From Planctomycetaceae bacterium (GTDB taxonomy: Bacteria; Planctomycetota; Planctomycetia; Pirellulales; UBA1268), in the NCBI GenBank assembly GCA_947459185.1, contig CANHCU010000003.1, positions 4,870 to 68,869 of the forward strand: a DNA stretch of 64,000 nucleotides, read 5' to 3'. The position numbers were made by a program, and so were the translations under genes. The notes under the pieces were generated by a model. It was not told the origin of the DNA. It worked only from the letters and a program-made list of their open reading frames with translations, and did no database searches. Below, one piece after another: positions 18,663-28,837 of this stretch (its first letter is position 1; the number at the start of each line of letters is the position of its first letter).

Positions 18663-20660
18663 ATGGCGCTCTCTATGGCCGAATCGATAGACGAGGGCGA
18701 ACCAGCCTCCGACGCAGGCCCCACTTCGGCTCCGGTGCAGGGGTATCAGGTGGTGGCCCGCCGCTACCGCCCGCAAAGGTTCGACGAACTGGTCGGCCAG
18801 GAACACGTCGCCCGCGGCCTGTCGGGGGCGATCGAGTCGGGCCGAATCGGTCACGCCTATCTCTTCACCGGCGCACGCGGCGTGGGCAAGACGAGCGCGG
18901 CCCGCATCTATGCCAAGGCGCTTGAATGCACCAGTCGCGTCCGCGGCGAGCCCTGTAATGTCTGCGACTCCTGCCTGGCAATCTCGGCCGGGCAGGATGT
19001 GGACGTGGTGGAGATCGACGCCGCCAGCAACCGCGGCATCGACGAGATGCGGCAACTGCGGCAGAACGTCGCCGTCAGGCCGGCGCGGGGCCGCTACAAA
19101 ACCTACATCATCGACGAAGTGCACATGCTCACGCGGGAGGCGTTCAATGCACTCCTCAAGACGCTCGAGGAGCCACCGGCTCACGTGAAGTTCGTGCTCT
19201 GCACGACCGAGCCCGACAAGCTGCCGATCACGATTCTCTCCCGCTGTCAGCGATTCGACTTTCAGACTGTTGATCCGCCGGCGATCGCCCGCCGCCTTGC
19301 CCAGATCGTGGAGGCCGAGGGGGCTCGAGTCACTCCCGACGCGCTGGCCCTGATCGCCCGCCGCGCGGCCGGTAGCATGCGGGACAGCCAGTCGCTCCTG
19401 GAACAGCTCCTGGGATCGGCTGACGGGTCGATCGGAGTGGACGAGGTGCATGCGGTGATCGGCACCGGCCGCGAGGAAAAAGTCGGCGCACTCATCGCCT
19501 GCCTGGCCGCACGCGACGCCCGCGGCGCGCTCGCGGCGTTTGATGCGGCGACCGCCGGGGGGGCCGATCCCGGCGGGGTGCTGGAGCAGGTGATGGCGGC
19601 GCTCCGCGACAGCCTGCTGGCGAGCGTTGGCTGCGGCGCCGAACTGATGCTGCAGGGCGAGGGACTCGGCGTTGATCTGGCCGCAGTCGGCCGCTCGACC
19701 GGCACCGTCACGCTCCTGGCCATGCTGCAGATCATCGACCATGCCCTCGGACGGATGCGGTCGAGCGGCCATGCCGCCGTGCTCGCCGAGATGGCGATCG
19801 TGCGACTGGCGAGCCTGGAAGACCTCGACAGCCTGGCTGACGCCGTGGAGCGGGTGGGGACGGAGCCGGTGGGCCCGACCTCTCCGGCAGTGCGGCCCGC
19901 TCCGGCGGCGCGGCCGACGCCGACGGCCCGGCCGGCTGAACCCGTGCGCGAAAAAAAAACGACCGACCTGACCGAGCCGGCCCCGACCGTCGGCCATCCT
20001 GAGCCTGTCGCGGCCGATAGCCACGTTGCATCTGCTCCGGTCGAGCCAACGACCGTCGCGAGTGCCATCCCGCCGGCCACGGAACTGCCGAGTCTCCCTG
20101 CTGATCCGCTCGATGCGTGGCGTCGGGCTGCCGAGGCGGTGGGAGGGCTCGCGGTTGACTTCGCGGAACTTGCCAGTCGGGCGTCGTGGCGGGACGACGT
20201 GCTGGAGGTCGTGCTGCCGGGGTCGGCAGGCAACGCCGTGTCGTTTCTGAGGCGACCCGAGATTGCCGCTGGGTTGACGCGGTCGCTGACCGAACTCGCC
20301 GGGCGGCCCGTGCGGCACACTCTGGCGATCGACTCTTCGTCCGAGCCACTGGCTCCAACTGCCGAGTCCGAGGGCCGGCCACCTGGCGCGGTCGAACGTG
20401 GAAGGCCGGCCATGTCGCAGGCAGCGATGCTGCGGGAGGTGGCAGAGCATCCGATGGTGGCCCATGTTCGCACGCTGTTTGATGCCGCGGTCCGCAAGGT
20501 GGAGCCGGCCCGTCCGCAGCCTGCCGCGGCGGTTCAGACGGCGGTCGCGGCTGCAGGAGCCGCGTCGGCGGGGGCCGCCGCATCGGAAGACGACGAACGC
20601 GACTTCGCGGCCACGCAGGGGGCCGATGGCGGCGAAGACTATGGAGGCATCGATGGCTGA
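18663..20660 (+). CDS. dnaX: DNA polymerase III subunit tau/gamma
   Basis: YQVVARRYRPQRFDELVGQEHV..GHAYLFTGARGVGKTSAARI, a zinc module CNVCDSC, and IIDEVHMLT. Start set downstream of the SRP RNA (ATG 18663; 18675 also possible). An A9 run lies at 19951-19959. Confidence 0.9.
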   Translation: MALSMAESIDEGEPASDAGPTSAPVQGYQVVARRYRPQRFDELVGQEHVARGLSGAIESGRIGHAYLFTGARGVGKTSAARIYAKALECTSRVRGEPCNVCDSCLAISAGQDVDVVEIDAASNRGIDEMRQLRQNVAVRPARGRYKTYIIDEVHMLTREAFNALLKTLEEPPAHVKFVLCTTEPDKLPITILSRCQRFDFQTVDPPAIARRLAQIVEAEGARVTPDALALIARRAAGSMRDSQSLLEQLLGSADGSIGVDEVHAVIGTGREEKVGALIACLAARDARGALAAFDAATAGGADPGGVLEQVMAALRDSLLASVGCGAELMLQGEGLGVDLAAVGRSTGTVTLLAMLQIIDHALGRMRSSGHAAVLAEMAIVRLASLEDLDSLADAVERVGTEPVGPTSPAVRPAPAARPTPTARPAEPVREKKTTDLTEPAPTVGHPEPVAADSHVASAPVEPTTVASAIPPATELPSLPADPLDAWRRAAEAVGGLAVDFAELASRASWRDDVLEVVLPGSAGNAVSFLRRPEIAAGLTRSLTELAGRPVRHTLAIDSSSEPLAPTAESEGRPPGAVERGRPAMSQAAMLREVAEHPMVAHVRTLFDAAVRKVEPARPQPAAAVQTAVAAAGAASAGAAASEDDERDFAATQGADGGEDYGGIDG

Positions 20661-21252
20661 GGAACGTGGTCCGATTGCGCGGCTCATCGACTATTTTGCC
20701 GACCTGCCGGGCATCGGCCGAAAGTCGGCCGAGCGACTCGCCTATCATGTGCTGGGCATGTCGCGGGCCGATGCCCTCGCGTTCGCCGATGCCATCCGTG
20801 CCGTCAAGGAAAACCTCCGTCCCTGCAAGGCCTGCTTCAATCTGGCGGAGGGGGACGAGTGCGCGATCTGCCGCGATCCCAAACGCGACCGCGGCCTGCT
20901 CTGCGTGGTGGAGCAGGTCCGTGATCTGTTGGCCCTGGAAGAGGCTGGCGGCTATCGCGGTCTCTACCACGTGTTGCAGGGCAGGGTCGCGCCGCTGGAG
21001 GGCAACGGCCCCGACAAGCTTACGATCGACAGGCTCGTCGAGCGGGTGAGGCAGGGCGGCTTCCGCGAAGTGATCATGGGCACGACGCCCAACGTGGAAG
21101 GCGACGGCACGGCGCTGGTGATCGCCGGGCGGCTGGCCGGACTTCCGATCGTGATCACCAAACTGGCCCGTGGTCTCACCGTGGGAGCCTCGTTGCAGCA
21201 GGCCAACAGGGAAATGCTCTCCGACGCGATCTCCAGCCGACAGAAACTGTAG
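20653..21252 (+). CDS. recR: Recombination protein RecR
   Basis: LIDYFADLPGIGRKSAERLAYHVL, a C4 zinc finger CKACFNLAEGDECAIC, and a Toprim region. It overlaps the dnaX stop by 8 nt. Confidence 0.95.
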   Translation: MAEERGPIARLIDYFADLPGIGRKSAERLAYHVLGMSRADALAFADAIRAVKENLRPCKACFNLAEGDECAICRDPKRDRGLLCVVEQVRDLLALEEAGGYRGLYHVLQGRVAPLEGNGPDKLTIDRLVERVRQGGFREVIMGTTPNVEGDGTALVIAGRLAGLPIVITKLARGLTVGASLQQANREMLSDAISSRQKL

Positions 21253-21384
21253 GGCTTTCACCAAACAAGGTATGATCGGGGATCGTGGGAGAAGTCGTTC
21301 GTGACGCTCAACCCACGTGGGCAGGCGGCGGACCGCCGCCGAGAATTCCCGTGAGTCGGTACCGCGCGTAAGGAAGAGTCAGCC

Positions 21385-23013
21385 ATGCGGATGTCGTTCG
21401 GCCAGGAAATGCGAATGGCGCAGAAGCAGATGCTTGCGCCGCGCATGATCCAGTCGATGGAGATCCTGCAACTGCCCGTGATGGCGCTCGAGGAGCGGAT
21501 CGAGCAGGAGATCCAGAACAACGAGACGCTCGAGGTCGATGAGCCGGGGTTCGACGATGCTGCCGGCGGGACAACGGCAGCGGACGCGGCTGGCGGCCAG
21601 CCGGAGCCGGGGCCGGAGGCGTCGACCAAGACGGTGGATGAACGGCCGCTGATCGTGGACCAGGAGCATGCCAATCAGGCCGACTTCGAACGGTCCTATG
21701 ACTGGACGAACCTCTATCCCGATTCCGACGATGACCGCAGCCGACCCTCGGCGGCGCAGATCGACGAGGCCGGCGATCGCTACCTCGACGCCATGGCCAA
21801 CATGGCCGAGCGACCCGAAACGCTGTCGGACCATCTCCACGACCAGCTCTCCAACTACGAGCTCAGCGAGGCCGAACGGCAGGCTGCCGACAAGATCATC
21901 TACAACCTCGACGTCAACGGCTACCTGCCGATGCCGCTCGGGGAACTGGCCGATCCAGACGGGCCGCAGGAGCAACTGCCGCAGCTGCAGAAGGCACTGA
22001 CTGTGGTGCAGGGAATGGATCCGCCGGGCGTGGGTGCCCGCGATCTGAAGGAATGCCTGCTCCTGCAGATTCGTCCCGACATGCCGAATGTCCGGCAGCT
22101 GCGCCGGCTCGTCTCCGAACACCTGGAAGACCTCGCCGGCAACAGGCTGCCGCTCATCGTCCGCAAGACTGGCTTCACGATCGAGCAGATCGAAGGATTG
22201 CGGGAGCAGCTCCACGGGCTCAAGCCCAAGCCGGGGGCCGTGTTCACGCAGCCCTTCGTGCCCGTCGTCAAGCCCGACGTCTACGTCGATCAGCAGCCCG
22301 ACGGCATCTGGAAGGTGCGGCTCGAGGAGGTCGATCTGCCAAACCTGCGGATCAGCCCCACCTACCGTGAGATGCTCCATTCACCTGCCACGCCCCTTGC
22401 CACCCGTGAATACATCAAGCGGAAGATCAACGCCGCCCAGTGGCTCATCGAGTCGATCGAGCAACGCCGCAGCACGCTCCTGAAGACGACGCAGGCCATC
22501 GTCGATCACCAGACGCGGTTCCTCTCGGAAGGCCCCGAGGCGATCGAGCCGCTCAAGATGCAGCAGATCGCCGACCGCATCGGGATGCATGTCACGACCG
22601 TGAGCCGGGCGGTGGATGACAAATGGCTTCAGACGCCGCGCGGCCTCTACCCGCTGCGAAGGTTCTTCGTGGGCGGCACCGTCAGCGCCGACGGCGACGA
22701 AGTGGCCTGGGACACCGTCCGAGTGAAGCTTCAGGAAATCATCGACGGCGAGCCGAAGGACAGGCCCTACAGCGACGACGATCTGATCAAGATTCTCGGC
22801 AAGCAGGGGATCACCGTGGCCCGGCGGACCGTGACGAAATACCGCAAAGCCATGGATATCCCATCCTCTCGGCAGCGCCGTGACTGGAAACTGGTTCGCA
22901 ATGCCAAGCCCGAGGAAGCGCCGGCCGATGAAGCCTTGGGCAACGGTACGATGGGCGACGATGCGATGGCCGACGATACGATGGCCGACAAGCGGGATGC
23001 CGAGTCGGAGTGA
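21385..23013 (+). CDS. rpoN: RNA polymerase sigma-54 factor
   Basis: N-terminal QKQMLAPRMIQSMEILQLPVMALEERIEQEIQNNETLE and the C-terminal RpoN box ARRTVTKYR. Confidence 0.95.
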   Translation: MRMSFGQEMRMAQKQMLAPRMIQSMEILQLPVMALEERIEQEIQNNETLEVDEPGFDDAAGGTTAADAAGGQPEPGPEASTKTVDERPLIVDQEHANQADFERSYDWTNLYPDSDDDRSRPSAAQIDEAGDRYLDAMANMAERPETLSDHLHDQLSNYELSEAERQAADKIIYNLDVNGYLPMPLGELADPDGPQEQLPQLQKALTVVQGMDPPGVGARDLKECLLLQIRPDMPNVRQLRRLVSEHLEDLAGNRLPLIVRKTGFTIEQIEGLREQLHGLKPKPGAVFTQPFVPVVKPDVYVDQQPDGIWKVRLEEVDLPNLRISPTYREMLHSPATPLATREYIKRKINAAQWLIESIEQRRSTLLKTTQAIVDHQTRFLSEGPEAIEPLKMQQIADRIGMHVTTVSRAVDDKWLQTPRGLYPLRRFFVGGTVSADGDEVAWDTVRVKLQEIIDGEPKDRPYSDDDLIKILGKQGITVARRTVTKYRKAMDIPSSRQRRDWKLVRNAKPEEAPADEALGNGTMGDDAMADDTMADKRDAESE

Positions 23014-23130
23014 GGCGGTTGCGTCCCCCCCGAAGATTGGGCCGACTTGCCGGTTTTCCCAGGCGCGGTCTACGATGCTGCCGCCGAAGTCTGCCGCGGA
23101 GTTCACCGCCGGCAGTGGAGGACCCCGCCC

Positions 23131-23604
23131 ATGCGATGCCCCTTCTGCCGCGCCGACAACGACCGTGTGATCGATTCACGCGCCGGCGACGACGGCGCCT
23201 CGATTCGGCGGCGCCGGGAATGCGTCGGCTGCCGTCGGCGGTTTACGACCTATGAACGGGTGGAACGCCAGCTGCTCTCCGTGGTGAAGAAGGGGGGCGA
23301 TCGGGAACCCTTCGATCGCGACAAGATCAAGCGGGGCTTGGCCAAGGCCTGCTGGAAGCGGCCGGTGACCGAGGACGACATCGAAGGCGTGGTGTCGGCG
23401 CTCGAGGCGGAACTGTATGGCAGCTATGAGACGGAGGTGCCCAGCGGCGTGCTCGGCGAGCGGCTCATGGAACTGCTCAAGGCGCTCGACACCGTGGCCT
23501 ATGTGCGTTTTGCCAGCGTCTACCGTGAGTTCAAGGACGTGCGGGACTTTGTCGAGGAGTTGGAGCCGATCCTGGCCGAGACGACGATTCAGGAGCGGAC
23601 GTAG
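23131..23604 (+). CDS. nrdR: Transcriptional repressor NrdR
   Basis: [17 protein letters not shown]...[15 protein letters not shown] zinc ribbon plus an ATP-cone. Confidence 0.95.
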   Translation: MRCPFCRADNDRVIDSRAGDDGASIRRRRECVGCRRRFTTYERVERQLLSVVKKGGDREPFDRDKIKRGLAKACWKRPVTEDDIEGVVSALEAELYGSYETEVPSGVLGERLMELLKALDTVAYVRFASVYREFKDVRDFVEELEPILAETTIQERT

Positions 23605-24044
23605 TCGCCGCGGCTGCCACCGGCCTTCTCTTCAAGCTGGACGGCCTCGATCGACATGCCGCGGTCGATCGACTTGCACATGTCGTAGATCGTGAGGGCC
23701 GCGGCGGTGACGGCGGTGAGTGCTTCCATTTCGACGCCTGTGCGGGCCGTTGCCCGGACGACGGCCTCGATGGCGACGCAATCTGGTTCGGGAAACGTCA
23801 GCGACACTTCCACCGAGTCGATCGGCAAAGGATGGCACAGCGGCACGATGTCGCTCGTCCGCTTGGCGGCCATGATGCCGGCCAGGCGGGCCGTGGCGAT
23901 GGCGTCGCCCTTGTCGAGTTCCAAGGCCTGGATGCGGCGGATTGTCTCAGGCAGGGCCCGCAGGCGGGCTGAGGCCCGGGCTGTGCGAAGCGAAACCGGC
24001 TTGGAACCGACGTCGATCATCCGGATGCCATGGGGAGTGCTCAT
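23589..24044 (-). CDS. moaC: Cyclic pyranopterin monophosphate synthase MoaC
   Basis: [47 protein letters not shown]. Start at 24044, 24053 or 24086. It overlaps nrdR convergently by 16 nt. Confidence 0.9.
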   Translation of the reverse strand: MSTPHGIRMIDVGSKPVSLRTARASARLRALPETIRRIQALELDKGDAIATARLAGIMAAKRTSDIVPLCHPLPIDSVEVSLTFPEPDCVAIEAVVRATARTGVEMEALTAVTAAALTIYDMCKSIDRGMSIEAVQLEEKAGGSRGDYVRS

Positions 24045-24127
24045 GCACTCCATGGTAACGCACAAGGGCCGGCGTGTCTGCGACACGCCGGCCCTCGGCT
24101 ATGGGGTTGGACGCTTCCAGGTGGTGT

Positions 24128-24700
24128 TTAGACCAGTTCCTTGCGGGCACCGATCAGCGTGCGGAGACGCTCGGCCAGCAAGGCGACGTCGAACGGCTTC
24201 TTGAAGCTCTCGTTGACGTGGGCCCGATCCACCGTGATCTGCGAGCCGTCGTCCGGCAGCAGGGCGATCACGATGGTGTCGGCATACTCCGGATTGCGAC
24301 GCAGGTTCTGGCAGATCTGCTGGGCGTCGATGCGTCCGATCGAGTAGTCCACCACGATGCAATCGGGATGGAAGCTCTCGGCCTGGATGCCTGCTTCGAA
24401 GCCGCTGGCAGCCACCTGGATCTTGAACGACTTTTCGACCGGCAGCTGCTTTTTGAGGTTCTCGATCAGAACCTGATCCTGGCCGACGAGCAGCACCTTT
24501 GCCATCGCCTCGTCCTCGAGGTCGCCGAGCGGCATTCCGTGCTCTTTCAGGAACTTGATCAGGTATTCGCGGGGAATACGGCGATCCTGGCTGCCCGGAA
24601 TGCGGTAGCCCTTCAGCCGACCCGAATCGAACCATTTGCTCACCGTGCGGGGAGCAACTTTACAGATCTTGGCGACCTGGCCTGTCGTGAAAACCTTCAT
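24128..24700 (-). CDS. Excisionase/MerR-type HTH fused to a receiver-like domain
   Basis: The N-terminus is FTTGQVAKICKVAPRTVSKWFDSGRLKGYRIPGSQDRRIPREYL. The receiver has VLLVGQDQ in place of the canonical DD pair, while the VVDYS Asp and KKPF Lys are retained. Confidence 0.8.
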   Translation of the reverse strand: MKVFTTGQVAKICKVAPRTVSKWFDSGRLKGYRIPGSQDRRIPREYLIKFLKEHGMPLGDLEDEAMAKVLLVGQDQVLIENLKKQLPVEKSFKIQVAASGFEAGIQAESFHPDCIVVDYSIGRIDAQQICQNLRRNPEYADTIVIALLPDDGSQITVDRAHVNESFKKPFDVALLAERLRTLIGARKELV

Positions 24701-25111
24701 CACTTGGACTCCATGTGGATCATTCGTGTCCGGAACTGTCCTGGCCAGCCCGCACCCTTCTGAGCAGCGGAACCCAGCCCCCCATGACGCGGAAATGTCG
24801 TCGTGGAATCGACCGCGTCGTCGACCCCACGAAGTCCGGCCTTGAGGCACCGGGAGGGGGTGTGAGAGGGAACCGGACACAACAGACGCGCAAAGGCGTC
24901 GTCGTCCGGCTCCATGACTCGCAGGTGTCCCCCCCTGCCTCTGCCCGCGGCCGTGACCTGGTTTTTCACCCGGACACGTTCGCGGCATGACCGCACAGAG
25001 GGTTAGATCGAAAGATCACGTCGTGAGACTTGAGCCGTTCTTGGGGAAAGCGCCGGTCAGACCGGGTGATCCGACGGCCGGCCGAGCGTGAAAAACGTTT
25101 CAGGCCGGGTC

Positions 25112-28100
25112 TCAGGCCGCTTTTTTGGCCGGTCTGGCCACGGCGGCGGCCGCGGACTCGAACCGCACCGAGATCCGCTTCGACACCCCCGATTCCTCTT
25201 GCGTGATGCCGTAGAGGGTGTCGGCGGCAGCCATCGTCTTTTTCGAATGCGTGACGACGATGAACTGCGTGGACGAGAGAAAGTCGCGGAGCACCCCCGC
25301 GAAGCGGTCCACATTGGCCTCGTCGAGCGCGGCGTCCACCTCGTCGAGCACGCAGAAGGGACTGGGACGCGAGCGGAAGATCGCCAGCAGCAGGGCGACG
25401 CACGTCATCGTCTTCTCGCCGCCGGAGAGCAGCGAGATGCTCCGCGGCTCCTTGCCGGGAGGCCGCGACACGATTTCGACAGATGTTTCCAGGAGGTCCA
25501 CGCCGGGCTCGAGCACGATGTCGGCCTGACCACCGCCGAAGACCCGCTCGAATAGCTCGCGGAAGTGCCCGCGGACCGTCTCGATCGTTTCCGCCAGAAG
25601 CCTGCGGCTTTCGTCGTCGATCCGGGAGACCAGCTGCTCGATCGCCAGTTTCGCATTCGTGACGTCGGCCAACTGGGTTTCGAGGCCCGTGAGCCGTTCC
25701 GTCAGGGCCTCCGCCTCTGCCAGAGCCTCCATGTTGACCGACGTCATCGAGGAGAGCTTGCGACGCAGCGTCTCGATTTCCACATCAAGTTCGCCTCGAT
25801 CGGGCGGAATGATGGGGGCATCGTCAGCGTCGCTTGCCTGACTGGCAGCGGCCGCTGCGGGCTGGTCGGCTTGGCATGTCGCCGCATCGTGGCGGATTGC
25901 GATGTCCTGAGACACCACGTCCTCGATGGCGATGTCGTAGTCGTCGCGGATCCGTTCGACGATCCGAGTGCGGCGGTGACGCGCTTCGCCCGCTTCGAGT
26001 TCATGCGCATGGATCGCCTCGGCCAGACGCGTCGCCTGCGCCCGCGCCTGTTCCAGCGTCATGGTGATGGCCCGTTTGTCTGCCATGACCGACTCCTGGT
26101 CGGCCGCGAGGTCGGTCAGCGCGGCCGTGGAGCGTTCCGCCGCGACCATCGCCTCGGCGTGGCCGGCGGTTGCGGCCAGGAGGTCGAGATCGATGCCGGC
26201 GAGCCGCTGTTCCGCGTCGCCCCGCCGGCGTTTCGCGTCGTCGAGGTCGGTGCGGCGGGTCTGCAGGGCGGCGAGCCGGCCCGCGACACCATCACGGGCG
26301 CGTGCCAGTCGCTCGTCGCAGGTGGCCCGCGCCACCCTGAGCCGGTGGATCTCGTCGATCACCTCGCTGCGGGAACGGTCGAGGGTGTCGATATCGTTTC
26401 TGGCCAGGCCGAGTTCGTGCCGCGCGGCGGCGAGTTCACCGTCAATCGTCGTGATGGCAGCCTGAGCGGCCTCACGGATGGCGGCACGTTCAACCGACTG
26501 TCGCTCGGCGTCGTGGAGGCTCGATTCCAGCGCGGTAATGCCCTCGCCGACTGCGAGCTGCTCGCGAGCGGTGCGATCGCGCTCCGTCCGTGACGAGGCG
26601 ATGCGTTCGGCTGCCTGTTGCTTTCGCGTCTGAGCCTGGCGAATCTCGTGGCGGGTGGCGGCGAGGTCGGCCTGCAGCCGCTCGATCAGACCCCCGGCCT
26701 CAGCCACGGTCCGCGTCAGTTCATCATGACGCTGGTCGAGCGCCTTCAGTTCACTCCGCCGTGCGACCAGTCCGGTGGCGGCACCTGGCAGACCGATCTC
26801 CAGAGCCCCTTCGGATGAGAGGCAATCACCACCCCGCGTGACGAACAGCGTGCCCGGCGGCGCCGCGGCAATCAGCGGGACGGCATCGGCAAGCCGTTCG
26901 ACGACCCACACCCGTGCCAGCAGCCTGGCCACGATCTGCTGACCACCGGCCGGCGGCAGCGCGGCCGTGGAGGAATCGGACAGGCCGATGAGCCGGTCGA
27001 GGCGACCAACTACGCCTCGCGCATCATCTGCGGCGAAGGCCGCTCCCTCACGCACCGACTGGGCCGACACGAATCCGATGCGGCCGCCAGCCGCCAGTAC
27101 CGCCCGTGATCCGTCGGTTGCCGACCATTCGGCCTGCCACCGTACGAGGTCGTCGAGCGAGGTGACGACAAGCGCCTGGCCGAGCGAGCCGAGCGCGAGA
27201 TCGACGAGTGATGCCCATGTCACCTCAGCGTCGAACTGGTGGGCCAGCGGCCCGAGCAGTCCGGGCACCACGCACGAGGGATCGGTCTCGGCGAGGAGCT
27301 TCCGCGCGGCGTCGGAGAATCCCTCCTGCCGGCCGATCATCTCCTCGAGCATCGTGCGACGTTCGCGGCAGGCCTCTAGCTTTGCCTGCCAGCCGGCGAG
27401 TGCCTGCCAGGCAGCGTCAACCGCTTCCGACCGCTGTCGCTGCGTGACGTCGAGCGTGTCCAGTTCGCATTCCACGGCGTTCATCCGCTGGGTGAGCGAC
27501 GCGATCGTGCCCTCCCAGGTGGCGGCCGATTCCAGCATCCGGGCCAGTTGCAGCCGGGCCGTGTCGATCCTCGTCCGCCAGGAGTCGGCGACGCGATGCG
27601 ATTCCTCGACCCGCGCGGCGGCCCGATCGAGGTCCGACTGCATCGTCTGCCGCGACCGCTCCAGGTCGTTAACCTTCGTCGTGCGATCGACAACCGCCTG
27701 CCTGGCCCGCGTTGCATGCTCGTGTGAACCGGCCGCGGCTTGCTCGCAGGTAGCCAGTCGATCGACCATGCAGCGCGATTCTGCCTCGATTGCCGCGACC
27801 TCGTCCCGGGCGGCGGCAACGGCCTCGATCGCTGCCACTTGGTCGCGGGCGGCCCGTCGGAGATCGTCCTCGAGCCGCGACTGCTCCCCTTCGAGTTCAC
27901 GGCGGCGGGTCCAGAACGCTGCGAGGGTGGCCTCGGCGGCTGCGGCCCTGGCCTTGTCGGTGGCGACCGCTGACCGCGCCGACTCGAGCCTCGGCTGCAG
28001 TTCGACCTCTATGGCGGAAAGTGTCGCGGCGGTGTCAGCGGCGGCGTTGGCCCGGGCCTCGGTCGCCGCGAGATCGTCCCGCGTCGTCGCGAGGCTGCCT

Positions 28101-28837
28101 TCGACACGGGCCACGGCCGCATCGACCTCGGCGAGATCCTGTGCCGCGGCCGCAAGCCGTAGCGTGCGGAGCCGATCGGTCATCTGCTGCCAGCGGCGTG
28201 CCCGTGCCGCCTGATGCCGCACGGTCTCCAGCCGGCTCGACACTTCGCCGACGATGTCGGCCAGTCGCTGACGGTTCTGCTCGCTGCGTTCGAGCCGGCG
28301 GAGTGATTCCGTCCGTCGGGCCCTGAACCGGGTGATGCCGGCGGCTTCCTCGAAGACGGCGCGGCGGTCTTTGCCTGACGCCACGAGCAACGCATCGACG
28401 CGGCCCTGCTCGATGACGCTGTACGCTTCGGTGGCGGCGCCCGTGCCCGAGAAGAGTTCGCGGATGTCACGCAGCCGCGAGGCCTCGCCATTGATAAGGT
28501 ATTCGTTTTCGCCGCTGCGGTAGACCCTTCGTGTGATCTGGACCTGCGGCGCATCGACCGGGAGCAGGGCATCGGCGTTGTCGAAGATGAGCGACACTTC
28601 GGCGGCGTTGAGCGGCTTGCGGCCGCCCGATCCGGCGAAGATCACGTCGGTCATGTCGCGGCCGCGGAGGCTGCGGACCGACTGCTCGCCGAGCACCCAC
28701 TTGATGGCATCGACGACGTTCGACTTGCCCGATCCATTGGGGCCGACGACCGCCGTGATGCCCGCGGGGAACTCGAACCGCGTCCGGTCGGCGAAGCTCT
28801 TGAAGCCGAACAGTTCGAGGGCGGTGAGCCTGGTCAT
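25112..28837 (-). CDS. smc: Chromosome partition protein Smc
   Basis: 1241 aa with Walker A GPNGSGKSNVVDAIKWVLGEQS, long coiled coils, a hinge, signature LSGGEKT and Walker B FCVLDEVDAALD. Confidence 0.95.
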   Translation of the reverse strand: MTRLTALELFGFKSFADRTRFEFPAGITAVVGPNGSGKSNVVDAIKWVLGEQSVRSLRGRDMTDVIFAGSGGRKPLNAAEVSLIFDNADALLPVDAPQVQITRRVYRSGENEYLINGEASRLRDIRELFSGTGAATEAYSVIEQGRVDALLVASGKDRRAVFEEAAGITRFRARRTESLRRLERSEQNRQRLADIVGEVSSRLETVRHQAARARRWQQMTDRLRTLRLAAAAQDLAEVDAAVARVEGSLATTRDDLAATEARANAAADTAATLSAIEVELQPRLESARSAVATDKARAAAAEATLAAFWTRRRELEGEQSRLEDDLRRAARDQVAAIEAVAAARDEVAAIEAESRCMVDRLATCEQAAAGSHEHATRARQAVVDRTTKVNDLERSRQTMQSDLDRAAARVEESHRVADSWRTRIDTARLQLARMLESAATWEGTIASLTQRMNAVECELDTLDVTQRQRSEAVDAAWQALAGWQAKLEACRERRTMLEEMIGRQEGFSDAARKLLAETDPSCVVPGLLGPLAHQFDAEVTWASLVDLALGSLGQALVVTSLDDLVRWQAEWSATDGSRAVLAAGGRIGFVSAQSVREGAAFAADDARGVVGRLDRLIGLSDSSTAALPPAGGQQIVARLLARVWVVERLADAVPLIAAAPPGTLFVTRGGDCLSSEGALEIGLPGAATGLVARRSELKALDQRHDELTRTVAEAGGLIERLQADLAATRHEIRQAQTRKQQAAERIASSRTERDRTAREQLAVGEGITALESSLHDAERQSVERAAIREAAQAAITTIDGELAAARHELGLARNDIDTLDRSRSEVIDEIHRLRVARATCDERLARARDGVAGRLAALQTRRTDLDDAKRRRGDAEQRLAGIDLDLLAATAGHAEAMVAAERSTAALTDLAADQESVMADKRAITMTLEQARAQATRLAEAIHAHELEAGEARHRRTRIVERIRDDYDIAIEDVVSQDIAIRHDAATCQADQPAAAAASQASDADDAPIIPPDRGELDVEIETLRRKLSSMTSVNMEALAEAEALTERLTGLETQLADVTNAKLAIEQLVSRIDDESRRLLAETIETVRGHFRELFERVFGGGQADIVLEPGVDLLETSVEIVSRPPGKEPRSISLLSGGEKTMTCVALLLAIFRSRPSPFCVLDEVDAALDEANVDRFAGVLRDFLSSTQFIVVTHSKKTMAAADTLYGITQEESGVSKRISVRFESAAAAVARPAKKAA

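Noticed and set aside
18615-20687. 690-aa ORF antisense to dnaX (also 19732-21264 and 19262-20497)
   Set aside because: Same reasoning: these are shadow frames of dnaX and recR with no recognisable domains.
24045-24127. Moco riboswitch upstream of moaC
   Set aside because: Only about 83 nt separate moaC from the preceding gene, which is too short for the roughly 140-nt motif, and no conserved Moco-RNA blocks were recognised.
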